In this document: positions 28,530-40,999 of the stretch, one piece after another
How the letters are laid out: every line of letters starts with the position of its first letter
Numbering within the stretch: the stretch's first letter is position 1
Source: Lobosporangium transversale
Taxonomy: Eukaryota
NCBI RefSeq assembly: GCF_002105155.1
Contig: NW_019029011.1
Span: forward strand, 1-64,000
DNA length: 64,000 nt
Direction of reading: 5' to 3'
The notes under the pieces: generated by a model
Database searches by the model: none
What the model saw: the letters and a program-made list of their open reading frames with translations, nothing else
What the model was told of the DNA's origin: nothing
Position numbers and translations under genes: made by a program

Positions 28530-30872
28530 ATGGCTTCCAACCATAAGCAAGAATATACTGCTGAGAAGGAGTTCATCGATGAGAAGCTCGATGTCGAGCG
28601 CTCGTCCGTCGTCCTGGAGGAGGAGGAGAACTCTCCAATTCCTGAGGTCGCCGCTATTGTCTCCAACAAAGATGACCCCACTCTTCCTGTCCTGACCTTC
28701 CGTTACTGGGTCATGGGTGTTCTCTTCTCCCTTCTCCTTTCCTTCTTCAACCAGTTCTTGTAAGTCTGGCATTGCAATACATGGCGATAAATAGAACCTT
28801 TTTTTTCATTTACCTCTTTTCCTTGCTTGGGCACTATTCTTTCTTGATATCTGCCAGAAAACTTGTCTTGTCCTATTTTTAACAAAAACATGATTTCTGC
28901 ACCCAACAGCTTCTTCCGTAGCAACCCTATGTCGATTAGTCCCATGGTTATCCAGCTTCTTTCCTACCCTGTCGGAAAGTTCATGGCTCGTGTCCTCCCC
29001 CATGGTCCCCTCAACCCTGGTCCATTCTCAGTCAAGGAGCACGTCTTGATCAGTATGACTGCCAACTGCGCTGGTGGTACTGCGTACGCTGTTGATATTA
29101 CCATTATTCAGAAGGTCTTCTATGGTGAGGACTTTGGTTTCCTTGCCAACTTCTTCCTCGTTCTTTGCACACAAATGGTTGGTTTCGGTATGGCTGGTGT
29201 TCTCCGTCGTTACCTTGTCTACCCTGCTGCTATGATCTGGCCCGCCAATTTGGTCCAGGTTGCCTTGTTTAATACTTTGCACAAGGATGAGGAGCTTGCT
29301 CCTGGTCAGTGGTCTCGCTTCAAGTTCTTCTTGGTTGCCACTTTAGGCATGTTCTTGTACTCCTGGATCCCAGGTTTCCTCTTCCCTGTCCTCAGCTCCA
29401 TTGCCTGGATCTGCTGGATCAAGCCTGACAGCATCGTCCTTTCTCAGCTCACTGGTGCTGGTGGTCTTGGAATTGGTGCCATCTCCCTTGACTGGAACAC
29501 CATTGTCTCTTTCTTGGGTTCACCTCTTATTATCCCCTGGTGGGCCCAGGTCAACATTGCACTCGGTTTCTTTGTCATTGCTTGGGTCATGGTTCCTATT
29601 GCATACTATACCAACCTCTGGGATGCCAAGAGGTTCCCTATCCTTACTCCAGCCTTGTACACTCGTGAAGGACATGATTATGACACTCAGCGAATTTTGA
29701 CTAAGAACATCTTGGATGAGAAAAAGTACGATGCGTATGGTCCTCTTCGTATCTCGACCTTCTTTGCCTTGACCTATGGTATCGGTTTCGCTGGTCTTTC
29801 CTCCATGGTTACTCACACCTGGTTGTACCACCGTCACAAGTTGGTTGCCCAATGGAAGCAATCTCGCGAGCACTCTGAAGATATTCATCACAGACTTATG
29901 CAGGCCTACCCCGAGGTCCCTGATTGGTGGTACGCCGCTCTTTTCGTTCTTATGACTGTCATTGCTGTTATCACCTGTGAGATCTGGGACTACAAGCTTC
30001 CATGGTGGGGTGTACTTTTGGCTGTTGCCATGTCTGCATTCTTTGCTCTTCCTGTCGGTTTGATTCAGGCTGTCACCAACCAGCAGCCTGGTCTCAACAT
30101 TATCACTGAGTACGTTATTGGTTACATGCTCCCCGGCCGTGCTATTGCCAACGTTACCTTCAAGACTCTTGGTTACATCTCCATGGCTCAGGCTATGCTT
30201 TTCACCTCAGACCTCAAGTTGGGTCACTACATGAAGGTTCCTCCACGTGCTATGTTCTGGGCCCAGTGCATGGGTACATTCATTGCTGGTCTTGTCAATT
30301 TGCTTACAGCCAACTGGTTGTTGAACACTATTCCTAACATCTGCCAAGCGGATCATAAGACATTCAGTTGCCCTCACGCTCGCACCTTCTACTCTGCATC
30401 AGTCATCTGGGGTGTCATTGCTCCTGATCGTATGTTCGGACCTACTTCGATTTACAATGCCATCAACTACTTCTTCATTTTGGGATTCTTGTTGCCTATT
30501 CCATTCTATTACCTCAAGAAAGTCTTCCCCAACACCTTCTTGGATTATGTCCATATCCCAGTCTTGTTGGCTGCCACAAGTATGATGCCACCAGCTCGTG
30601 CTTACAACTATACCAACTGGTTGGCTCTTGGATTCATCTTCCAGTTCTTCGCCCGCCGTTACAGACCTGAGTGGCATTTGCGTTACACTTATGTGTTGTC
30701 TGCTGCCTTTGATTCAGGCACGGCCTTCATGTTGTTGTTGTCCTTCTTCATCTTCACCATCCGTGACGCTAGTATGATTGAATGGTGGGGCACACGCTAT
30801 GACCTCTGCCCATTGGAGTATGCTCCTTTGATCGCTCCACCTCCCCTTCCAGAGGAAACACCAGCGGCCTAA
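28530..30872 (+). CDS. OPT transporter copy 2; exons 28530-28759, 28910-30872
   Basis: Same motifs and intron position as copy 1. Confidence 0.95.
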
Positions 30873-32916
30873 AAGAACAAAAGATGGACTCAGCATAGCA
30901 ATGTAAAAAAGAGATCCTTGTTCATTTATTACATCCATATTTATTTCTACGAATATTTATACCAATCTCATTTTAATGAATAAAAGAAAGCAAAAAAAAA
31001 AAAAAATCAATGACTTGTATTCTTGTGTCCTTGACTTTTCTTTCTTCTCATGACGTACATGGCGTTATGGCCAATGCTATTCTATGATTGCCTTTTGGAT
31101 GTTAGGAAGAGAAAGTTAACCTACCTTTTTTCACGTAGATCGTATTATTTATTATTTAACATGAGATCAACAAAGATCGTCAAAAAATAATAATAATGAA
31201 TAACGCGTTGTTTTAGGGTTATAAGATAAAGGGTTCAAAGTTAGACGTGCTTAGAGGTTGTTGTACCTAGAGAAGTTGTAACCCGACGTTTCGGGATAAG
31301 GAAGATGGGCAATGGGATTTGACGTGAGATGAGATATACATGTACAGATTTTGAAGTGACTGATTTAGGCGTCAGAGCACTGAACTTGTTACAGTTGGAC
31401 ATTGAAATGTGCCATTTTAGGTAAGAAAAAAACATTAGATATAGTGAGGGAGTAAGTGCACAGTGAGGTGGGGGAGGGAAAGAAAAGAGGGAAAAAAGGA
31501 GGGGTTTGAGTGCAGGGGATGGTCAAGCTTTTATAAGAAAAAAAAGAAAAACCTCCCTCCCTTTCTCCTCCTCTTCCTTCTACTTTTAACAACGGATGTC
31601 TTTCCGTTTTCCGATGTTAACTTAACCATTTTTCTTTGCATGCAGGCATGTATATATATATATCCCTGTTACCCCTGTTCAGTCTAAACTTTGGCTTTAG
31701 GGTGCTCCTGAGAAAGTTGACACTTCGTTCTCCATTAGCTTATTATAACAAATGTATTAGAAGAAGCAGACATTAAATGGCAGACAGGAGTCATTTCGAC
31801 CCCAGAAAAAGAAAGCATGTCGCGTCGGAACTTACCGAGTTTGATCCGGGCCAATAATTATTCATTGAGCCTCAGTAAGCTTTTTACAATATTTTATTTT
31901 ATTTTATTTTTTTTACATCACCACCTTCCGCAGTTAATGGTTAGCCAAGTTACTTCTTATTCTTTTTATTATATTTATGTCTGCATTAATGATGAAAGTT
32001 CCCATGGTTATCGATGGCTCGTTCAGGGACTCTATGGTCACTTTCCCAGGGATAATTGTCGTCGTAAACAACCCCGCCAAGAATTCCTATTGGGCGATAT
32101 GCCATCACATTAGTCACAATACCTTTGCTGCTACTTTTTATGAAGTCAATACCATTGAATCTCAATGAATATTCATTTATATATACACTCATATATTTAT
32201 ATTATGTTCAGAATAAAGAAGACGGTGATTCCCTTATTTATATACTATTGTTGCTCTGAGCATTGAGGAAATGATATAGCACGAAATGTATCTATCCAAA
32301 ATATTGACCATGAACTTTTGGTACGTTGTTGTCTTCTGAGTCTATGGTAACTCTTAGTCCATTTTCACTTTATTTGAGCAGAGCAGCAGTGTGTAGATCA
32401 GAGTACGGTACTCGATGTTAGGCATTCCGGCCTTTATTTCCTTTTTTATACTCATTGTGTGTCAACACCATCCAAGGCTTGTGTTCAAATCGATTGAAAT
32501 GCGATACAAAAGAGGAGTTTTGACATGGAGAGGTAAAATAATAGTATTGATTGTCCCTCTGGAATGAAGGTTGTAGGCGTCGAATGGACAAAATTAGTCT
32601 GCATTTTATATTTTCGAACAGAAAAAATTATTTACGCCAAAAAAGATCATTTTTATTTATTCAAAGTATTTATTAGCCAATACAAGATTCTGGCTGGCTG
32701 CAAGGCTGAATAAATACATGTTGTTCATCCACATGCAATCTTTATTGATTGTTATACCGGGGAACAGTGTGTTCGGATCTACATCCGTTAGCACAAACAA
32801 GCCGTCAACAATCAACAAAAAGAAAAAAAAATAAGCGATGTACCTCGTGCTCTTGTTCCAGAACATCCCTTAAGCGAAGCATTGTCCAGTACTCAAGCCC
32901 TGCTGTCATAATCAGA

Positions 32917-32981
32917 TATAAAAAGAGGCAACGCGCCTGCGGTTTTTTTTTTTTTTTTTTTTTTGATCCTTTGTCTTTGAC
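32917..32981 (+). promoter_or_regulatory. OPT3 core promoter: TATA box plus TTGTCTTTGAC
   Basis: TATAAAAAG at 32917. Confidence 0.6.
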
Positions 32982-33128
32982 GACGAGGTGCTCTCTGACC
33001 CATCTTTTCCATATTTTTTCCTGTCTTTATATTCATTACTCTCAGCTTTCTTTTCTTTTTTTTTCTCTCTCACTCCACGACCTCTTTCCCCCTAGCATCC
33101 ATCTCTATACACTCACCCTTTTCTTGCA

Positions 33129-35428
33129 ATGGCCTCTGAGCAGAAGCAAGAATATGACATTGAGAAGGAGTTTGTAGACGACAAGCATGATGTTGAACGC
33201 TCGTCTGTCGCCTTAGAGGAGGAGGAGAACTCTCCTATTCCTGAGGTCGCTGCCATCGTCTCTAACAAGGACAACCCTTCTCTTCCTGTCTTGACCTTCC
33301 GTTACTGGGTCATGGCCGTTATCTTTGCTCTTATCCTTTCTTTCTTTAACCAGTTCTTGTATGTTGTTTAGTCTTAGCTTTGAGTATTCCATGTCGGAAA
33401 GCAGTGTAACAATAATCATGTAAAACCCTTAGTTGACGTTTTTTTTCTTCGGTTGTCAAAATTAGCTTCTTCCGTACCAACCCTATGACACTCAGTCCCA
33501 TGGTTATCCAGCTTCTTTCCTACCCTGTCGGAAAGTTCATGGCTCGTGTCCTCCCCCACGGTCCCCTCAACCCTGGTCCATTCTCAGTCAAGGAGCATGT
33601 CTTGGTTAGTGTCACTGCAAATTGCGCTAGTGGCACTGCTTATGCAGTCGATATCACAGTTATTCAGAGGGCCTTCTATGGTGAGGACTTCGGTTTCCTT
33701 GCCAATTTTCTTCTTATTCTTTGCACACAGATGTTGGGTTTCGGTATGGCTGGTGTCCTTCGTCGTTACCTTGTCTACCCTGCTGCTATGATCTGGCCCG
33801 CCAATTTGGTCCAGGTTGCCTTGTTTAATACTTTGCACAAGGAGGAGGAGCTTGCCCCTCGCCAGTGGTCTCGCTTCAAGTTCTTCTTGGCTGCTACCTT
33901 TGTCATGTTCTTGTACTCCTGGATCCCAGGTTTCCTCTTCCCTGTCCTCAGCTCCATTGCCTGGATCTGCTGGATCAAGCCTGATAACTTGGTCCTTTCT
34001 CAGCTCACTGGTGCTGGTGGTCTTGGAATTGGTACTATCTCCCTTGACTGGAACACCATTGTCGCTTTCTTGGGTTCGCCTTTGATCGTCCCCTGGTGGG
34101 CCCAAGTCAACATTGCACTCGGTTTCTTTGTCATTGCTTGGGTCATGGTTCCTATTGCATACTATACCAACCTCTGGGATGCCAAGAAGTTCCCTATCCT
34201 TACTCCAGCCTTGTTCACTCGTGATGGCCATACCTATGATACTCAGAGGGTTTTGACCAATAACATCTTGGATGAGAAAAAGTACGATGCGTATGGTCCT
34301 CTTCGTATCTCGACCTTCTTTGCCTTGACCTATGGTATCGGTTTCGCTGGCCTCGCCTCTATGATCACCCATACCTGGTTGTACCACCGCCACAAGTTGG
34401 TTGCCCAATGGAAGCAATCTCGCGAGCACTCTGAAGATATTCATCACAGACTTATGCAGGCCTACCCCGAGGTCCCTGATTGGTGGTACGCCGCTCTTTT
34501 CGTTCTTATGACTGTCATTGCTGTTATCACCTGTGAGATCTGGGACTACAAGCTTCCATGGTGGGGTGTACTTTTGGCTGTTGCCATGTCTGCATTCTTT
34601 GCTCTTCCTGTCGGTTTGATTCAGGCTGTTACAAACCAGCAGATCGGCCTTAATATTATTACTGAGTACGCTATTGGTTACATCCTCCCTGGCCGTGCTA
34701 TTGCCAACGTTACCTTCAAGACTCTTGGTTACATCTCCATGGCTCAGGCTTTGCTCTTCACTGTTGATCTCAAGTTGGGTCACTACATGAAGATCCCTCC
34801 ACGTGCTATGTTCTGGGCTCAGCTACTCGGTACATTCATTGCTGGTCTTGTCAATTTGCTTACAGCCAACTGGCTTTTGGGCTCGATTGACAATATCTGT
34901 GCGGAGGACCATAAGACATTCAGTTGCCCTCACGCCCGCACCTTCTACTCTGCATCGGTTATCTGGGGTGCCATTGCTCCTGATCGTATGTTCGGACCTA
35001 CTTCGATCTACAATGCCATCAACTATTTCTTCTTGATTGGTTTTGTGCTACCGATTCCATTCTACTATCTCAAGAAGAAGTTCCCTAACACGATGTTAGA
35101 TTATGTTCACATCCCAGTCTTGTTGGGAGCCACCAGCATGATGCCACCAGCTCGTGCTTACAACTATACCAACTGGTTGGCTCTTGGATTCATCTTCCAA
35201 TTCTTCGCTCGTCGTTATCATCCAGAGTGGCATTTACGTTACACTTATGTGTTGTCTGCTGCCTTTGATTCAGGCACGGCCTTCATGTTGTTGTTGTCCT
35301 TCTTCATCTTCACCATCCGTGACGCATACATGGTTGAATGGTGGGGTACTCGCTATGATCTGTGTCCATTGGAGAGTGCCCCATATATCACACCACCTCC
35401 CCTTCCAGAGAAAGCACCAGTCGCTTAA
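33129..35428 (+). CDS. OPT transporter copy 3; exons 33129-33358, 33466-35428
   Basis: Same motifs and intron position as copy 1. Confidence 0.95.
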
Positions 35429-36832
35429 AAGGAAAACAGCCCATAGCTTAATACATTTTAATTGCATAATATATACGTGAACTTTTTCCTCTTTTATTAA
35501 AACAAACATGTTGATAAAGGAATATGGAGTAAAAAAAAAGTCGCGAATAAGGTTATGGAGGGGAATGGAGAATGTTTATCATGTAATTCGTGTACGACAT
35601 GGTCTTTGCACTCCTTTCTTTCAATCCTTGATCGCAATGCTTTGTCGTGTTTTTTTATGAAGTGTCGCAACAAAGTTAATTCATGATTGTATTGCGAAGT
35701 CACGAGAAATCATCATTCAGTTAGACTACAACCTAAACTATTTTTTTTTTTTTTTACTGTTTCCCAAAGTCATGCAAACAAACAACGTGAAGAGAGGGAA
35801 CAGAAAAAAGGGGAGAGAATAGGAGTTTTTTTAGACTTTTCTTATTTTTCGGCGCATTTTCATCGGACATGCCGACATGATTTCGAGTCAATGATATTTT
35901 TAACTATCTCCAACAACAAAATGTTATCCAACATGGTTTTTTTTTTTTTTTTTTTTTTTTGCGACATTGACATTCTATTACCAAGCTGACCGGCCCACTG
36001 TGTGAGTAAAAAAAAATTATTAATTCAGTCCCTATCATAATTTGGTTTTAAATCCTCTGTAAACTGTTAGGAGGGAAAGTAAGGTTGTAGTAACTCCATA
36101 TAATTACAAGATCCCTTGTAGAAAGAGTGGGCGCTGAAGCAAAGGAATGTGTCATTTGATGTTTGGCCTTGAGCAAATGCAAGAGGCATGGCATTGTAAT
36201 GAATCGGGTTCTTCAGGCCAACAGTGAAGCATGGGTTGATCAGCTCGATTGGGCACACAGACCTTTTTTTTTTTTTTGAAAGGATCATCTTAATATTTTC
36301 AGCACCTTTCTTCTAATATAAAAATATGACATAGGCTGCCCAGAAAGATACTTTCCCACAATATCATGTAGTTTCATCTCCCGCGCCTGCATCAATGGAT
36401 CATTACATGGAAAAAAGCCCAAATGCTTATATTCATATAAAAAAAAGAGTGCGAGAAGTTACTGAATCTTCTATGCTCATGAATTTAGTTTCTTAGAAAG
36501 AGAAGGCCAGACCCAGAAACAAAAGTTTCATTATATATACCATGATGGGAAGTAGGTAAAGCTCATTTTGATTATTGGCTATCAAAAGGTGGAGAGGTAG
36601 AGTTATCTGAGCTTGGAATCGAGCATTATTGCATCGGATCTGCATCCGTTGCAGTGTTCTGTCTGGTAATAGATTATGGCTCAGTTTTTTTTTAACGCTT
36701 CTCTACTCTTCCCTGTAATTTTCTGGCTCCGCTTCAAGTGCCCTGACCATTAGCAAAAACGATGCACATTCAGCCGTTTTAGTGCCATAATTATGTCTTC
36801 CGCCTCCTCACTCTATCCGTTTCATATTGTGA

Positions 36833-36916
36833 TATATAAGGACCCTTGGGCCACACATTTTGAGTCTTTTTTTTTTTTTTTTTTTTTCTTCTTCCTTTTT
36901 TCCCATTGTCCTTGAC
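36833..36916 (+). promoter_or_regulatory. OPT4 core promoter: TATA box plus TTGTCCTTGAC
   Basis: TATATAAG at 36833. Confidence 0.55.
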
Positions 36917-36983
36917 CCCCCATAGTCCTTTCCTTCACCCTCACCCAAAGCATCCTTCGCTCTAATTTCACCTCTTCCAAGCC

Positions 36984-37267
36984 ATGCATTCCACTGCAGA
37001 GGCCCCCGATCAGAAGATGGAGTACACAGCGTACAGCTCTGACAAGTACTCCATTGAAGATGCGAGAGCAGATATTGAACAATCTTCCATCAACCTTGAG
37101 GAGGAGGAAAACTCCCCTATTCCAGAGGTTGCAGCCATCGTTTCCAACAAAGATGACCCTACACTTCCTGTTATGACTTTCCGTTACTGGATCATGGCCA
37201 TCGTCTTCTCACTCATCCTTTCCTTTTTCAATCAGTTCTTGTAAGTCATCCTATTTCATTTGTACCT

Positions 37268-37320
<53 letters not shown>

Positions 37321-39353
37321 GCGCCTATCAACTCGCCTTGTTCGATAAAAGGACGACACAGCTTACATTCGATGTTGGTTTTCAATATCATCCATAATAC
37401 AGCTGGTTCCGCACCAATCCCATGATGATCAGTTCCATGGTTATCCAGCTTCTCTCTTTCCCAATTGGAAAGGCCATGGCTCGCATTCTCCCTGCTGGTC
37501 CTCTCAATCCTGGCCCATTCTCCATCAAAGAACACGTCCTAGTTAGTATCACTGCCAACTGCGCTGGTGGTACTGCTTATGCAGTCGATATCACAATCAT
37601 CCAAAAAGTCTTCTATGGTGAGGACTTTGGTTTCCTTGCCAATTTTCTTCTTATTCTTTGCACACAAATGGTTGGTTTCGGTATGGCTGGTGTTCTCCGT
37701 CGTTACCTTGTCTACCCTGCTGCTATGGTCTGGCCCGCCAATTTGGTCCAGGTTGCATTGTTTAATACTTTGCACAAGGAGGAAGAGCTTGCTCCTGGTC
37801 AGTGGTCTCGCTTCAAGTTCTTCTTGGTCGCCACCTTTGCCATGTTCTTGTACTCCTGGATCCCAGGTTTCCTCTTCCCTGTCCTCAGCTCCATTGCCTG
37901 GATCTGCTGGATCAAGCCTGACAACTTGGTCCTTTCTCAGCTCACTGGTGCTGGTGGTCTTGGAATTGGTACTATCTCCCTTGACTGGAACACCATTGTC
38001 TCTTTCTTGGGTTCGCCTTTGATCGTCCCCTGGTGGGCCCAAGTCAACATTGCCCTTGGCTTTTTCCTCATTGCTTGGGTTATGGTCCCTATTGCGTACT
38101 ACACCAACCTCTGGGATGCCAAGAAGTTCCCTATCCTTACTCCAGCCTTGTTCACTCGTGATGGCCATACCTATGATACTCAGAGGGTTTTGACCAATAA
38201 CATCTTGGATGAGAAAAAGTACGATGCGTATGGTCCTCTTCGTATCTCGACCTTCTTTGCCTTGACCTATGGTATCGGTTTCGCTGGCCTCGCCTCTATG
38301 ATCACCCATACCTGGTTGTACCACCGCCATAAATTGGCTGCTCAATGGAAGCAATCTCGTGGACATTCTGAGGATATTCATCATAGGCTTATGCAGGCCT
38401 ACCCCGAGGTTCCTGACTGGTGGTACGCTTCTCTTTTCGTTCTTATGACTGTCATTGGTGTCATCACCTGTGAGGTCTGGGACTACAAGCTTCCATGGTG
38501 GGGTGTACTTTTGGCTGTTGCCATGTCTGCATTCTTTGCTCTTCCTGTCGGTTTGATTCAGGCTGTCACCAACCAGCAGCCTGGTCTCAACATTATCACT
38601 GAGTACGTTATTGGTTACATCCTCCCTGGCCGTGCTATTGCCAACGTTACCTTCAAGACTCTTGGTTATATCTCCATGGCTCAGGCTTTGCTCTTCACTG
38701 TTGATCTCAAGTTGGGTCACTACATGAAGATCCCTCCACGTGCTCTGTTCTGGGCCCAGTGCATGGGTACATTCATTGCTGGTCTTGTCAATTTGCTTAC
38801 AGCCAACTGGCTTTTGGGCTCGATTGACAATATCTGTGCGGAGGACCATAAGACATTCAACTGTCCTAACGCTCGCACCTTCTACTCTGCATCGGTTATC
38901 TGGGGTGCCATTGCTCCTGATCGTATGTTCGGACCTACCTCGATCTACAATGCCATCAACTATTTCTTCTTGATTGGTTTTGTGCTACCGATTCCATTCT
39001 ACTATCTCAAGAAGAAGTTCCCTAACACGATGTTAGATTATGTTCACATCCCTGTTTTGTTGGCAGCAACGAGTATGATGCCACCGGCAAGAGCTTATAA
39101 TTATACAAACTGGCTAGCAGTTGGATTCATCTTCCAATTCTTTGCTCGTCGTTATCATCCTGAATGGCACTTGAGGTTTACCTATGTGTTATCAGCGGCG
39201 TTCGATTCAGGCACGGCATTCATGGTCCTGGTGTCCTTCTTCATCTTCACCATCCGTGACGCATACATGGTTGAATGGTGGGGTACTCGCTATGATCTGT
39301 GCCCGTTGGAGGGTAGTCCCATGATTGCTCCTCCTGAACAACTACAGCAATAA
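36984..39353 (+). CDS. OPT transporter copy 4; exons 36984-37240, 37403-39353
   Basis: Same motifs and intron position as copy 1; alternative start possible at the second Met. Confidence 0.95.
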
Positions 39354-40830
39354 ATGAAGTAGTGTTGCTATTCGGCGAATGAGGACGAAAACACTTGCAA
39401 CAACTACAACAACTTAAACAAATACAACCATAAACAGCATACAAAGCATAGTATATATATCATCGCCATCATCATAGTATAAAAAATAAATCTATATAGA
39501 GAGATTCTTTTTATTGTCGTCTTTCCTCTGCAAGAAAATTTCCAGTCACGGAACTTGGGAAATTAGAGTTTTTGTCCATTAGACTCTTCCATCCAAAAAA
39601 ATCTTTTGGTCACCCAAATTTGGTTTCTGTATTCCAAATATGGATTCACTCATCCTAATTGGGAACAACGGACAAATATCGTAGAAAAAAAATAACCATT
39701 CACTTGCTACTGCAAGGAATAAAGGATTACAATCAGGAGCGCTATTTTTTATGAATCATGTTGCTGAGTGGCTGAAAGTATATATATATATATATACACT
39801 CCCAACTTTTTTCTACCTCGAAGCTGAATGCCAGCCTTACAAAACTTGGTGTAAATCAGCACACCCGTAAGGGAGAGAGAAGAAGGGAATAAGGAGGAGA
39901 AATGAGAAGGGGACAAGGGAGAAGAGGAAGTAGGACATATTCGATTGTGGCTACTTGTTCATTGGAGGGTCCAAGTTGCTTAATATTATAGTTTCACTTT
40001 TCTCTGAATCTAGGATGGAGCTTTAGCAGAAACAAAACAAAACAAAAAATCATGAACTTTCCTATTCCTATTGTATATATTTTACTATAAGGGTTCTACA
40101 CTTGAGCAAACACGCTAATTATCCTTGGTGGGAGACTAAGTGAACGAATGATTGGTTAGAACATGTATGTTCCAAAAGAATAAAAAGAAAAGTAAAATAG
40201 AATAGAGTCGAGTTAGACAGCTTTACTTATTTTCTGCAAGAAAGAAAAAAAAAAAAAAAAAACAATGAAATGGTCCAACCGTGCCTCGGCTTCCGAGAAA
40301 ATAAAGAGCAAAAAGGTGATGGAAGGGGCATGTCCTACATTTGAAAAAGTACATTTTTGCACAAATTGCGTTATCGCTAATTGTTTTTGGAAAGTGAGTT
40401 TATTCATGTGGTTGTTTTCGGTAAAATTCATTGATTGGTTTTGTGGGAAAATAATAAAATAAGTTTTGAACAGAAGACATGTGCTGCTGCTTGTTGGATT
40501 GGTTTGTATAATTTAGTCTACTCACTCTCTGGTTGGTTGTATTACACATTGTTGAGCTGCATGAAGTTCTTGGTCGTCATGTTTTCATTAAAATATTAAA
40601 AAGTTGATCGAGGTGTTGATGTGTTGCTTTTTTTTTTTTTTTTTTTTTAATATTCTTATTATAGGTATTCATTACATAGTTTATCACCTTATTATTCATT
40701 CCTAATAGATCAAATGAATACAAACTAAAGAATTCATTAAAGAGAGTAAGCTGTTCCGGTTGCTTGGAGCTCTAGGGTCTCTAGCTGTTTCTCAAGTTGT
40801 CTATTCATTCGTTTGTTCAGTCTTTTTTTG

Positions 40831-40886
40831 TATAAAAAGGTACAACTCGTCCTTTTTTTTTTTTTTTTTTTTTTTTTGTCTCTGAC
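40831..40886 (+). promoter_or_regulatory. OPT5 core promoter: TATA box plus TTGTCTCTGAC
   Basis: TATAAAAAGG at 40831. Confidence 0.6.
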
Positions 40887-40999
40887 TGCAGATCGCAACC
40901 GACCTCCTTCATCTTCGCCCTCCTAGACCCGAACGACGTCTTTCTCGTCCTCATCACTTTCCTCCTCTCCATCCTCCTTCTCCTTCTCATTCAACCAAA

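Noticed and set aside
31977..32192. GC-richer short ORFs between OPT2 and OPT3
   Set aside because: No recognisable domain, splice structure or transposon termini.
33584..38849. Long antisense ORFs over the OPT genes (399 and 436 aa; also 24769-25668 and 42073-42798)
   Set aside because: Shadows of biased codon usage; endpoints differ among paralogues and no domain is recognisable.
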